From: an uncultured Gammaproteobacteria bacterium
Lineage (GTDB): Bacteria > Patescibacteriota > Microgenomatia > Levybacterales > GWA1-39-11
DNA length: 64,000 nt
Assembly (NCBI GenBank): GCA_964485575.1
Contig: CAZAJO010000010.1
Location: 450-64,449, forward strand
Reading direction: 5' to 3'
Shown: positions 29,834 through 38,456 of the stretch, piece by piece
Numbering within the stretch: position 1 is the first letter of the stretch
Layout: each line of letters starts with the position of its first letter
The notes under the pieces: generated by a model
Database searches by the model: none
What the model was told of the DNA's origin: nothing
What the model saw: only the letters and a program-made list of their open reading frames with translations
Translations under genes and position numbers: made by a program

Positions 29834-30508
29834 TTGGTATTGTATGCTTGCATGAAAAATAAAGAATTTTTCTTCAAAGACAGATTGACAGAAACCCAAA
29901 TCGAGAAATTTAAATTGTTCAACGATGAAGAGTTAATTTTTGCCTGTAGGGAGCATTGGTTGCCGATTGTCTTGAGGTTGGTCAGAAAATCATTCGTCGG
30001 ACTGTTTATGGCAACTGCCTGTTCATCAATCTTTATCCTACTTATCCATAGTACTGCTCTTGCTGCAGGAACTTTTTTCCTTACGGTATTAATAACCGGG
30101 CTCTTGGCTGTCAGAGACCTCATACACTGGAGTTTTCATATGTATATTGCAACCAACAAACAATTGATTGAGGTACATTATAATCCTCTGATTTCACATG
30201 CAATCAACTCGGTTTTATTAGAGCAAATTAGGTGTACAGAGATTGATGTCGAAATGTATGGGATAATTCCGGAACTCTTAGGGATCGGTAACGTCGAGAT
30301 AACTTTTGATAGGCCAACCCACAAAGAAGTATTTATAATTAAAGATATCCGTTCACCAAGAGCCATTGCCAATCTTCTATCGGCTCAAATTCATCAGACC
30401 TTGGGACCTGGACAAAGACAAGGACTGCAGCCACTGTGGTCTAAAGAACTTAAAAATAATAAATATCGCTTCTTAGGCGATGTGAATTATGGATATACAA
30501 GTAACTAA
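29834..30508 (+). CDS. Membrane protein, bacterial PH-domain (YdbS/YdbT-like) candidate
   Basis: 224 aa with two central TM helices. Motif call is tentative. Confidence 0.4.
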   Translation: MVLYACMKNKEFFFKDRLTETQIEKFKLFNDEELIFACREHWLPIVLRLVRKSFVGLFMATACSSIFILLIHSTALAAGTFFLTVLITGLLAVRDLIHWSFHMYIATNKQLIEVHYNPLISHAINSVLLEQIRCTEIDVEMYGIIPELLGIGNVEITFDRPTHKEVFIIKDIRSPRAIANLLSAQIHQTLGPGQRQGLQPLWSKELKNNKYRFLGDVNYGYTSN

Positions 30509-30725
30509 TATTATGGGAGCTATAATAATATCATTCAAAATAATTCTCTTACTCGCAGGATGCATGGTTGCCCTCGTTAACTATTTTCAGATTAAAGAAG
30601 CCAATAAAATGGAAGACAAGATGAGTATTGCGCTTCCCTCAGCTGTTCATTTTGGAATGACAGCCCAGTTTCTATTATCAGTTGCTTTTGTTTTCGCCTC
30701 AACAATCTATCTATTTATTTTCTAG
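30489..30725 (+). CDS. Small hydrophobic protein (2 TM)
   Basis: 78 aa, two hydrophobic helices. Confidence 0.35.
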   Translation: MDIQVTNIMGAIIISFKIILLLAGCMVALVNYFQIKEANKMEDKMSIALPSAVHFGMTAQFLLSVAFVFASTIYLFIF

Positions 30726-30767
30726 AATTAGCTTGAAGTTTACTTTAAATCCCACTAAAATAAGTGA

Positions 30768-31139
30768 ATGAAAGATTATCTCCGCAAAATTACCGATTTA
30801 TTACCGAATAAAGGTCAAATAGCATACAGATTATCAAGCTTTTTCTTTTTGCTTTTTCTTATTTTGGCAGGTATTCTGCTTCAGACATTGGTTTTTTTAA
30901 GTGGAAAAACACTCGTTGCTCGCGAGCAGTATGAGAATCACGCGAAAGACTTTCAATACTGGAGTAGTGTGGCCGCCCAATATCCCACAATCCCAGACAT
31001 ACTATATAATGCTTCGCTTAGTGCGTTGAATGATAATAAGAAAAAAGAAGCAATCGAATACATCGATAGAGCTTTACAGCTGGATCCTTTGTTCAAAAAA
31101 GCCACGGAATTGAAAAATGAGATCAGTAGTAGGGGTTAA
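30768..31139 (+). CDS. TM-anchored TPR-like small protein
   Basis: 123 aa with an N-terminal TM and a TPR-like C-terminus (AIEYIDRALQLDPLFKKA). Confidence 0.45.
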   Translation: MKDYLRKITDLLPNKGQIAYRLSSFFFLLFLILAGILLQTLVFLSGKTLVAREQYENHAKDFQYWSSVAAQYPTIPDILYNASLSALNDNKKKEAIEYIDRALQLDPLFKKATELKNEISSRG

Positions 31140-31853
31140 TTATTCTGAAGCTTTATCTTCAGTAGCTTCTCCTTTTGATTCACTTTCGGAAGATTCGGGT
31201 GCTCCTTCTTTAGTTGACTTTTCGCCTTCTGTTGCACCTTCCTCAGATGCAGCTTCGGAAGCGGCTTCTTCTTCCGCCGCTAATTCTTCAGCCTCTTCGC
31301 TTACAAGTTCGGCAATTCTAAATACCATTTCAGCCGGTTCTGCAAGTATTTCAACTCCTGCTGGAACCTTTAGGTCTCCTACGGTCAAGCTTTCATCAAT
31401 TTGAGCTAGTCCTTCAACGCTAATTTCTATATGCTCTGGAAGATCTGCCGGAAGAGCTTCTACTTCGACTTCTGAAAGGGACTGAAGTAAAACTCCAATT
31501 TTGTCAGTTACAGCCTTTGGTTCACCAATTCCAATAACAGGAATTGTAGCTTTAACTTTTTCTTTAAGGTTTACTTTGAAAAAATCAGCATGAAGCGGAG
31601 TATGGGTAATTGGTTGGGTGTGGATGTTCTGAATAAGTACAGGGTGGGTCTCTTTATCAACAGTCAGGTCAACAAGTCCGGTTTCATGAACCTCATCATA
31701 TACTTTCTGGAATTCTTTTAGAGGAAGCTGAAGTGACGTAGATTTCATTCCCTTTCCAAACATATTTGCTGGAAGAATCCCTTCTCTCCTCAAATGTTTT
31801 ACCTTTTTACCGGTGATTGTCCTTTTTTCTGCTGTTAATGCTGCTCTTTTCAT
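31140..31853 (-). CDS. rplY: 50S ribosomal protein L25 (Ctc-type) with an acidic/Ala-rich C-terminal extension
   Basis: 237 aa. N-terminus MKRAALTAEKRTITGKKVKHLRREGILPANMFGKG matches the L25/Ctc signature. The C-terminal tail is EEAAS-rich. Confidence 0.85.
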   Translation of the reverse strand: MKRAALTAEKRTITGKKVKHLRREGILPANMFGKGMKSTSLQLPLKEFQKVYDEVHETGLVDLTVDKETHPVLIQNIHTQPITHTPLHADFFKVNLKEKVKATIPVIGIGEPKAVTDKIGVLLQSLSEVEVEALPADLPEHIEISVEGLAQIDESLTVGDLKVPAGVEILAEPAEMVFRIAELVSEEAEELAAEEEAASEAASEEGATEGEKSTKEGAPESSESESKGEATEDKASE

Positions 31854-31963
31854 ATTTGACTATTCTACTAAAGGATGCTTGAAAACACAAGGAGGGGAGG
31901 AAAATAAGAATGTGTTGCGGAGTAAATAAATTTGCTCCTGACACTGAGTTTTTCGAATGTGTT

Positions 31964-32030
31964 GCGGAGTAAGGAGTTGAACCTTATCTAGGAGATTATG
32001 AGCCTCCTGTGCAGCCGTACACTACCCCGC
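31964..32030 (-). tRNA. Non-canonical tRNA-like gene with a CAU anticodon loop (Met/Ile2-type); possible pseudo-tRNA
   Basis: Minus-strand sequence GCGGGGT-AG-..-GGAGG-CTCATAA-TCTCC-..-AAGG-TTCAACT-CCTT-ACTCCGC. Seven-bp acceptor with one G.U. Anticodon stem with U33-CAU-A37 loop. T-loop TTCAACT. D-stem reduced to 3 bp and T-stem to 4 bp; 67 nt in total. A near-consensus promoter TTGCGC-17nt-TATAAT lies on the minus strand at about 32043-32070, ending 11 nt before the 5' end. Confidence 0.4.
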
Positions 32031-32080
32031 GTAGTCTTCGTATTATACAGTCTGCTAGGTTCAAGCGCAAGCAAAGTTAC

Positions 32081-32431
32081 CTAGAAAAATAGTTTCCACC
32101 ATCTTTCCCAATTCGGTGAGTTGTCCTCAATAGGTTTTGTGATCTGCTTATCTATAGGGGGTGGAGCAAGGACAATGTGCTCTCCAGGTTTTACCATTCC
32201 AAGTTTTTCTCTTGCTTCATTTTCAACAAATTGAGGAGTATTTACGAAATATAATTGTTGCTTCAGAAATTGCTTTTTTTGCTGCTCATCGCGTTCTTTT
32301 CCTTTAAGAGTCGTTACTATACGACTATTTTGCCTCAAAGTAAGGATTGAGCCGACAATATTCTTGATGATGAAAAGAAGAGCGATTGCGGCAATAACTA
32401 AAATTACTGTTTTTGTGTTGACAAAGCGCAT
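32081..32431 (-). CDS. ftsB: Septum formation initiator family protein (FtsB/DivIC-like)
   Basis: 116 aa, one N-terminal TM, coiled-coil, and the family-typical C-terminal AREKLGMVKPGE. Confidence 0.65.
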   Translation of the reverse strand: MRFVNTKTVILVIAAIALLFIIKNIVGSILTLRQNSRIVTTLKGKERDEQQKKQFLKQQLYFVNTPQFVENEAREKLGMVKPGEHIVLAPPPIDKQITKPIEDNSPNWERWWKLFF

Positions 32432-32494
32432 GTTTACTGATATTATAGGCTCAAATTAAATTTAGGGACCAAGCTTTCGTGTTCAAAATTTATT

Positions 32495-33361
32495 ATGACC
32501 AACGTTTTACGTCTCAGGGACGCTCATGGAAAATTCCAAGACTTCCTCAAAACAAAAAATCGGGCGTCCGCAACCATATTAGCATATGGTAAAGACATCG
32601 AGCAATTGATTGAGTTTCTTGAGGCATTGGAAAAAAACAATATCCATGAGATCAACGGAACCGACATCCAAGCATTCTTAACCAAGCTCAAAGACGAAGG
32701 ATATACTCCAAAATCATTGTCAAGAAAACTAAATTCTACAAGAACATTTTATCGATATCTTAAGGTTAACGAGTTTGTTACTGATGACCCATCACTGCTT
32801 GTTGAACACCCTAAATATGAGCTCAATCCGCCAAGAATGTTGTCTCCATTGGAATATAGAGCTTTGAGAGATGCAGCGTCGGTTGATTCAAGGATATATG
32901 CGATAATAGAGGTTTTACTGCAAACCGGTATCAGAATAGGAGAGCTTGCAAATCTGCGGGTTGAGGATATCAATGATAATGCATTACACATTAGAACATA
33001 TGAAGGTCATGAAGCACGTGAAGTGCCACTTAATAGACGCGCAAAAGAAGCATTAAAGCGCTACATGGAAACGCGTGCAAAAACCGAAGATACCCATGTG
33101 TTTGTGACAAAAACCGGCAGGCCATTTTTAGTGAGAAATATTCGTGATGCAGTAGAGAGATATTTCAAAAAAGCAGGAATTGAGAATGTGAAGATCAATG
33201 ATCTTCGTCATACTTTTGTCGCACATCATCTCAAAAATGGTGTTTCTTTAGTATTTTTGTCCCGAGTTTTGGGGCACAAAAGACTCTCTTCAACAGAGCG
33301 ATATTTACAATATATGAAAGACTTCAAACCGGGTGAGGCTACATCTCTTCAAGAACTTTAA
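32495..33361 (+). CDS. Tyrosine site-specific recombinase, XerC/XerD-like
   Basis: 288 aa. N-terminal SAM-like domain. C-terminal catalytic R...HxxR...Y (RHTFVAHHL...HKRLSSTERYLQY). Immediately upstream of the tRNA cluster. Confidence 0.8.
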   Translation: MTNVLRLRDAHGKFQDFLKTKNRASATILAYGKDIEQLIEFLEALEKNNIHEINGTDIQAFLTKLKDEGYTPKSLSRKLNSTRTFYRYLKVNEFVTDDPSLLVEHPKYELNPPRMLSPLEYRALRDAASVDSRIYAIIEVLLQTGIRIGELANLRVEDINDNALHIRTYEGHEAREVPLNRRAKEALKRYMETRAKTEDTHVFVTKTGRPFLVRNIRDAVERYFKKAGIENVKINDLRHTFVAHHLKNGVSLVFLSRVLGHKRLSSTERYLQYMKDFKPGEATSLQEL

Positions 33362-33391
33362 ATTTTTCCGTATTTGTGACATAGTAGAATT

Positions 33392-33895
33392 ATGGACCAC
33401 CATTCATATTCTGATGTCAAAACACTAATTTCTTGGTCTGCTCCGGGGCGGCCATTCAGAAAAAAGGGGAAAGAATTTTTTTATACTGGACTGCTTATCG
33501 TATTTTTGATTGAGGTGATATTATTCATTTTTTCTGAATATTTATTGATGTTTGTTGTGGGTACACTGTACTTTTTTTCAGTGGCACTTGCGACTATCCC
33601 ACCTCAAAATTTTCACTATCGTATCAGTACTCAAGGAATTAAAGTTGAAGACCATTTTTTTATCTGGGAGGAACTATACGATTTTTATTTTAAAAAATTT
33701 GAAGGTATGGAGGTACTTATTGTCCGTACAAAAAGCATGTTGCCTGGAGAATTGAAGATTTCGTTGGGGGAAGTGCCGATGGATCACATACGACGTGTCC
33801 TGATAGGGTATCTCCCGTATAGAGAAGTAGTAAAACCGTCATTCATGGATAAAAGCGGTGATTGGCTTGCCCATAATTTTCCACTTGAACGTTAG
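33392..33895 (+). CDS. Hypothetical membrane protein (2 TM)
   Basis: 167 aa. Two TM helices, then a soluble C-terminal domain. Confidence 0.4.
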   Translation: MDHHSYSDVKTLISWSAPGRPFRKKGKEFFYTGLLIVFLIEVILFIFSEYLLMFVVGTLYFFSVALATIPPQNFHYRISTQGIKVEDHFFIWEELYDFYFKKFEGMEVLIVRTKSMLPGELKISLGEVPMDHIRRVLIGYLPYREVVKPSFMDKSGDWLAHNFPLER

Positions 33896-34059
33896 CGGAG
33901 CTTGCTTTTGCAAAAAGTAGGTTTTTTGCCTCAAAATTGTTATAATCGAGTTTGTATTTATTTCAATTGAAACTCTCATATAGCTCATTTCGTATAAAAA
34001 TTCGCTATAATACACCATACATGCGCTCGTAAGCAAAGCTTGCAAGCTCATGATTACAT

Positions 34060-34132
34060 GCGCTCGTAGCTCAATGGATAGAGCATCAGATTGCGGATCT
34101 GAAGGTTGTGAGTTCGACCCTCACCGAGCGCG
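34060..34132 (+). tRNA. tRNA-Arg (anticodon read as GCG)
   Basis: Cloverleaf by eye: GCGCTCG-TA-GCTC-AATGGATA-GAGC-A-TCAGA-TTGCGGA-TCTGA-AGGTT-GTGAG-TTCGACC-CTCAC-CGAGCGC-G. CCA not encoded. Confidence 0.7.
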
Positions 34133-34138
34133 CAGAGA

Positions 34139-34224
34139 GGAGGGTTGGCCGAGTGGTCCATGGCGACGGTTTCGAAAACCGTTCTCCCTCACGGGAGGCG
34201 CAGGTTCGACTCCTGTACCCTCCG
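34139..34224 (+). tRNA. tRNA-Ser (anticodon CGA), type II with long variable arm
   Basis: Acceptor GGAGGGT/ACCCTCC. Anticodon arm ACGGT-TTCGAAA-ACCGT. Long variable stem-loop. T-arm CAGGT? GGTTCGACTCC-type. Confidence 0.75.
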
Positions 34225-34239
34225 CATGAGTTATAAAGA

Positions 34240-34311
34240 GCTCTCGTAGTTAAACGGATATAATAGAGGGTTCCGAACCCTCCGATGCGGGTTCGATTCC
34301 CGCCGAGGGCG
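34240..34311 (+). tRNA. tRNA-Arg (anticodon CCG)
   Basis: Acceptor GCTCTCG/CGAGGGC with one G.U. Anticodon arm GAGGG-TTCCGAA-CCCTC. T-arm GCGGG-TTCGATT-CCCGC. Confidence 0.7.
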
Positions 34312-34389
34312 CACATTTTAAATTAGTAAGGAGGAGTCGGATGAAATCTTTTACAAAAGATATTCTCCAACTCTTGAAAACAATAATAC

Positions 34390-34473
34390 GGAGGAGTCGG
34401 ATAGCGGTCCATTCCACATGCTTGGAAAGTATGCGTGCGTAAGCACTCGCGAGTTCGAATCTCGCCTCCTCCG
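34390..34473 (+). tRNA. tRNA-Ser (anticodon GGA), type II
   Basis: Acceptor GGAGGAG/CTCCTCC. Anticodon arm CATGC-TTGGAAA-GTATG. Variable arm GTGC-GTAA-GCAC. T-arm GCGAG-TTCGAAT-CTCGC. Confidence 0.7.
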
Positions 34474-34616
34474 CAAGTAAATCTTTGTTTTTTTACCTCA
34501 AAATGGTACAATAACAAGCTAGTAATTTTGGCTGGAGAGCGATCCCACTGAGCAGTGCTCAGTGTCGACTGTTTGCATCACCGCATTCAGGAGCTCTTTT
34601 TAGACTTGCACATTTT

Positions 34617-34691
34617 GGCTGGAGAGCTCGGCTGGTTCGTAGCACCGCATTCATAACGCGGCGGTCGTGGGTTCAAACCCCACTCCAGCTA
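34617..34691 (+). tRNA. tRNA-Met/Ile2-type (anticodon CAT)
   Basis: Acceptor GGCTGGA/TCCAGCT with G1.T72. Anticodon loop TTCATAA. T-arm GTGGG-TTCAAAC-CCCAC. Weak 3-bp D-stem. Initiator versus elongator not resolved. Confidence 0.6.
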
Positions 34692-34724
34692 CTATTTTTT
34701 AGTAGCGATTTTCCTCAAGGTTTT

Positions 34725-35510
34725 ATGAATAACCAATCTATCGGTGTATTTGATTCGGGAGTTGGAGGCTTATCAGTCCTTTTAGAAATCCAAAAAGAGT
34801 TACCTTTCGAAAATTCAATTTTTGTTGCTGACCAAGCATACGTTCCGTATGGGCGAAAGTCAAAAGATGAACTTATTGAGAGGGTAGGTAAAATAATGGA
34901 TTTTTTTGTTGAAAAGGAGGTAAAAGCAGTTGTTGTTGCATGTAATACTGCAACCGTTTACACGATTGATGAAATGAGAAAAAGATATAAGATGCCAATA
35001 ATTGGTACGGTTCCTGTCATTAAAGTTATCGCCAGAATGACAAGAACTGGTAAAACCGCAGTTTTTTCAACCCCAGCAACCGCAAAAAGTCCATATCTAG
35101 CAAAACTGATTGAAGAATTTGCGCCTAATATAATTGTTGAAAAAGTAGGTGGGTCAAATCTGGAAGAATTGATTGAAAATGGGAGTATCAACGACCCAGC
35201 AATAGTAGAGAGATTAAAATTCCATTTATTGCCGCTTGTAAAAGAGGGAGTAGATACAATTGCTCTGGGATGCACTCATTACCCTTTTTTGAAGGAAAAA
35301 ATTAAAAGGATTGTGGGTTCAAAGGTAAAAATTGTTGATTCAGGAGGAGCAGTTGCACGAAGACTTGAGTTTGTTTTAGAGCAAGAAAAGTTACTTTCTG
35401 TGAAAAAAGGACTGGATTTATATTACACTACAGGTGATGAAAAGAAATTTGAAAGGGTTGCAAACGAACTGACAAAAAGGGAAATTAAGGCAACGCATGT
35501 TAATTTATAA
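34725..35510 (+). CDS. murI: Glutamate racemase
   Basis: 261 aa. GVFDSGVGGLSVL, and VVACNTAT and GCTHYP active-site Cys motifs. Confidence 0.9.
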   Translation: MNNQSIGVFDSGVGGLSVLLEIQKELPFENSIFVADQAYVPYGRKSKDELIERVGKIMDFFVEKEVKAVVVACNTATVYTIDEMRKRYKMPIIGTVPVIKVIARMTRTGKTAVFSTPATAKSPYLAKLIEEFAPNIIVEKVGGSNLEELIENGSINDPAIVERLKFHLLPLVKEGVDTIALGCTHYPFLKEKIKRIVGSKVKIVDSGGAVARRLEFVLEQEKLLSVKKGLDLYYTTGDEKKFERVANELTKREIKATHVNL

Positions 35511-35512
35511 CT

Positions 35513-36868
35513 ATGGAGAAATATAGAGGAAAGAAAATAGCGGTTCTAGGGTTTGGAATTGAAGGAATGAGTGTTGTTGATTTCCTATCGAGCTCTGAAA
35601 TTACAGTTTTTGATGAGAAAAAGAGAGATGATTTTGACCCCGGGGTTATGGCACGGTATGAGGCAAATGGTATTAAGTTTGAACTTGGTGGAATTGGTAA
35701 TCTAACTGGTTTTTCTGCTGTATTTAGGTCTCCCGGGTTTCATCCAAAAACACCACAGTTAGTAGAAGCATCAAAAAACGGGGTAGAAATATCTTCAGCA
35801 ACCAAATTATTCTTTGATTTATGTCCATATCCGATAGTTGGCGTGACTGGAACGAAAGGAAAAGGTACTACTTCTACACTTATATACGAAATGCTCAAAA
35901 AAGAGGGCTTTGACGCGTTTCTAGGGGGTAATATAGGCACTCCACCTCTTAGTTTTCTTTCTCGTTTAAACCCTGATTCTAAGGTTGTTCTTGAACTTTC
36001 AAGCTTTCAGCTCATTGACCTTGAAAAAAGCCCTCATGTATCAGTAATGCTTATGACAACTTCAGAGCATTTGGACTATCACGCAGACGTTTATGAGTAT
36101 ATTGAGGCAAAAAGAAACATTTTTAAATATCAGACTGAGAAAGATTTTGCTGTTGTTAACCGCGATTACCCAGCCAGCAACGAATCTGATATCCATACAA
36201 TAGGAAAGGTCTATCAAGTTAGTCGTTTTCAGGAAATAATGCAGGGATGTTTTGTAAAAGATGACGCAATTTACCTCAAGATGGATGGGCATGAAGAGGC
36301 AATCCTACCAGTAAATGAATTAGGACTTTTGGGAAAGCACAATCATGAAAACGTTTGTGCGGCGGTTGTTGCTTCAATTTGTGCTGGGGTTACAATGAAA
36401 TCCATTCTCCCGGTTTTGCGCTCATTTAAGGGGTTAGAGCACAGAATTGAGTTTGTGCGTCTCGTTGGTGGAGTAAAATATTATGATGATTCATTCTCAA
36501 CTACGCCAGAGACCGCAATTGCCGCGATAGAAAGCTTTGAAGAGCCAAAAATACTTATACTTGGCGGATCTTCAAAAAATTCCGACTTTTCAGAGCTTGG
36601 GCAAATTATTTCTGAGTCAGGAACGATAAAGGCAATAATTGGAATTGGTCTTGAATGGCCTCGCATAAAGGCAGGAATTAGGGGTTTACAATCAGGAGTT
36701 AGGGTAATTGAGGAATGTAAGAGCATGGAGGAAGTTGTCAGAAAAGCTTCAGAAATTGGTGAAATAGGGGATGTGGTGCTCCTTTCCCCCGCGTGTGCTT
36801 CATTTGACATGTTCAAGTCATACAAAGACCGCGGAGAACAATTCAAGAGTGAGGTAGGAAAACTTTGA
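35513..36868 (+). CDS. murD: UDP-N-acetylmuramoylalanine--D-glutamate ligase
   Basis: 451 aa. Mur ligase P-loop GVTGTKGKGTT and MurD-type N-terminal Rossmann domain. Confidence 0.9.
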   Translation: MEKYRGKKIAVLGFGIEGMSVVDFLSSSEITVFDEKKRDDFDPGVMARYEANGIKFELGGIGNLTGFSAVFRSPGFHPKTPQLVEASKNGVEISSATKLFFDLCPYPIVGVTGTKGKGTTSTLIYEMLKKEGFDAFLGGNIGTPPLSFLSRLNPDSKVVLELSSFQLIDLEKSPHVSVMLMTTSEHLDYHADVYEYIEAKRNIFKYQTEKDFAVVNRDYPASNESDIHTIGKVYQVSRFQEIMQGCFVKDDAIYLKMDGHEEAILPVNELGLLGKHNHENVCAAVVASICAGVTMKSILPVLRSFKGLEHRIEFVRLVGGVKYYDDSFSTTPETAIAAIESFEEPKILILGGSSKNSDFSELGQIISESGTIKAIIGIGLEWPRIKAGIRGLQSGVRVIEECKSMEEVVRKASEIGEIGDVVLLSPACASFDMFKSYKDRGEQFKSEVGKL

Positions 36869-36880
36869 TACAATACGCAT

Positions 36881-37858
36881 ATGACTAAAAGAGTTTTGTC
36901 AGGAATTAGAGCTACCGGCCGACTTCATCTCGGTAACTATCTTGGTGCCGTAAAGGGCATGTTAGAGCTTCAAGATGACCCAAATTACGAGACATTGTAT
37001 ATGGTTGCGGATGTTCACACGATCACGACCCCATATGACATAGAAGAGCTCAGAAAGAACAGACGAGAAGTAATTCTCGACTACTTAGCAGCAGGACTTG
37101 ACCCCGAGAAGTCAATTATTTTTCAACAATCAGAGGTGCCTGAGCATCTAGAACTTGCCTTTTACTTCTCATCAGTTGTAACAATTGCCAAAATGCAGCA
37201 TTTACCCACATTTAAAGATAAAGTGAAACAATATCCAGATCACGCAACCCTTGCCCTTCTTAACTATCCGGCTCTTATGGCGGCTGATATTTTGATTTAT
37301 AAAGCCAGTCTAGTGCCAGTTGGCATTGACCAGGAACCTCATTTAGAGGTAGCCAGGGAAATTGCAAGACGATTTAATCAGGATTATGGTACAGATTTTC
37401 CAGAACCTGTAAGTTTTCAGACTGAAGGGAAATACGTCCCTTCACTTACTGGAAACGGCAAGATGAGTAAGTCAGTTGAGGGAAGTTACATTAATTTAAC
37501 AGACTCTTTGGATGAGATAAAGGGAAAAATAGCGAAAATCCCAACGGATAGTGGTAAAGGGACAATTATTACTGGTGGGGTCAAGAATTTATTTGAATTT
37601 GTGGAGCTTTTTGAAGGTAAAGAAAAAAGAGAAGAGTATGAAGCTCAATATTTGGGAGAGGGAGTCAGGTATGGGGATATAAAAAGAGAACTAGCAGATG
37701 CAATTTATGAAGAGTTAGCTCCGATACAAGAAAAAAGGGCAAAATTTGAGGCAGATTCCGAATATGTAAACAAGGTAATTGAAGATGGAGCTCAAAAGGC
37801 CAGAGAAATTGCAAGAGAAACAATTGATGACGTTCGCTTCAAAATGGGACTTAAATAA
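36881..37858 (+). CDS. trpS: Tryptophan--tRNA ligase
   Basis: 325 aa. HLGNYLG (HIGH-type) and KMSKS. Confidence 0.9.
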   Translation: MTKRVLSGIRATGRLHLGNYLGAVKGMLELQDDPNYETLYMVADVHTITTPYDIEELRKNRREVILDYLAAGLDPEKSIIFQQSEVPEHLELAFYFSSVVTIAKMQHLPTFKDKVKQYPDHATLALLNYPALMAADILIYKASLVPVGIDQEPHLEVAREIARRFNQDYGTDFPEPVSFQTEGKYVPSLTGNGKMSKSVEGSYINLTDSLDEIKGKIAKIPTDSGKGTIITGGVKNLFEFVELFEGKEKREEYEAQYLGEGVRYGDIKRELADAIYEELAPIQEKRAKFEADSEYVNKVIEDGAQKAREIARETIDDVRFKMGLK

Positions 37859-37867
37859 CCTCTTTTT

Positions 37868-38146
37868 ATGAAACAAGCTCACGTGTATGTCTCCGGATTT
37901 GTGCAGGGTGTAGGATTTCGTGCATATGTAAGAGCAAAAGCCCGAAAATTAAGTGTATTTGGATGGGTTAGGAATTTATCTGATGATAGAGTCGAAGGGG
38001 TTTTTCAGGGCGATGAAGAAAAAGTCAAAAAACTGATAGCTTTTTGTAGAAGAGGACCTTTTTTTGCCCAAGTGACCGATGTTGTTGTTGATTGGGAAGA
38101 AGCAGGAGAGTCATTTACAGAATTTAGTAAAAGGGAGACACTATGA
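37868..38146 (+). CDS. acyP: Acylphosphatase
   Basis: 92 aa. [14 protein letters not shown] and GWVRNL..D.VE signatures. Confidence 0.85.
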   Translation: MKQAHVYVSGFVQGVGFRAYVRAKARKLSVFGWVRNLSDDRVEGVFQGDEEKVKKLIAFCRRGPFFAQVTDVVVDWEEAGESFTEFSKRETL

Positions 38147-38394
38147 AGAAAATTCTCCTAAAATTTATAAAAGGCTATCAAAAAACGCTTTTTTTTCACA
38201 ACGAAGTCTTTAAAGTCTTTTTTATGTCCGATAGCGTGTGTAGATTTGAGCCTTCTTGCTCCAATTACACTTATCAGGCAGTGGAAAAATATGGAGCAAT
38301 TAGAGGTTTGGGAATAGGATTGAAAAGAATAATTCGCTGTCACCCCTTCTCAAAAGGAGGGTACGATCCCTTAGTTAAGAGTAGTAGCAATTGA
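38143..38394 (+). CDS. yidD: Membrane protein insertion efficiency factor YidD
   Basis: 83 aa. [19 protein letters not shown] signature. Confidence 0.85.
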   Translation: MKKILLKFIKGYQKTLFFHNEVFKVFFMSDSVCRFEPSCSNYTYQAVEKYGAIRGLGIGLKRIIRCHPFSKGGYDPLVKSSSN

Positions 38395-38456
38395 GGCTGA
38401 ACTATGTTACAATTTGGTCGGTTTCAAAGTTGCCCCCCCATTTACGACAGAAAATC

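Noticed and set aside
34086-34517. Minus-strand ORFs 34086..34316 and 34323..34517
   Set aside because: They lie entirely antisense to the tRNA genes, and their translations are Arg/Gly-rich nonsense. A plus-strand 32-codon ORF (34341..34439) overlapping tRNA-Ser(GGA) is likewise regarded as coincidental.
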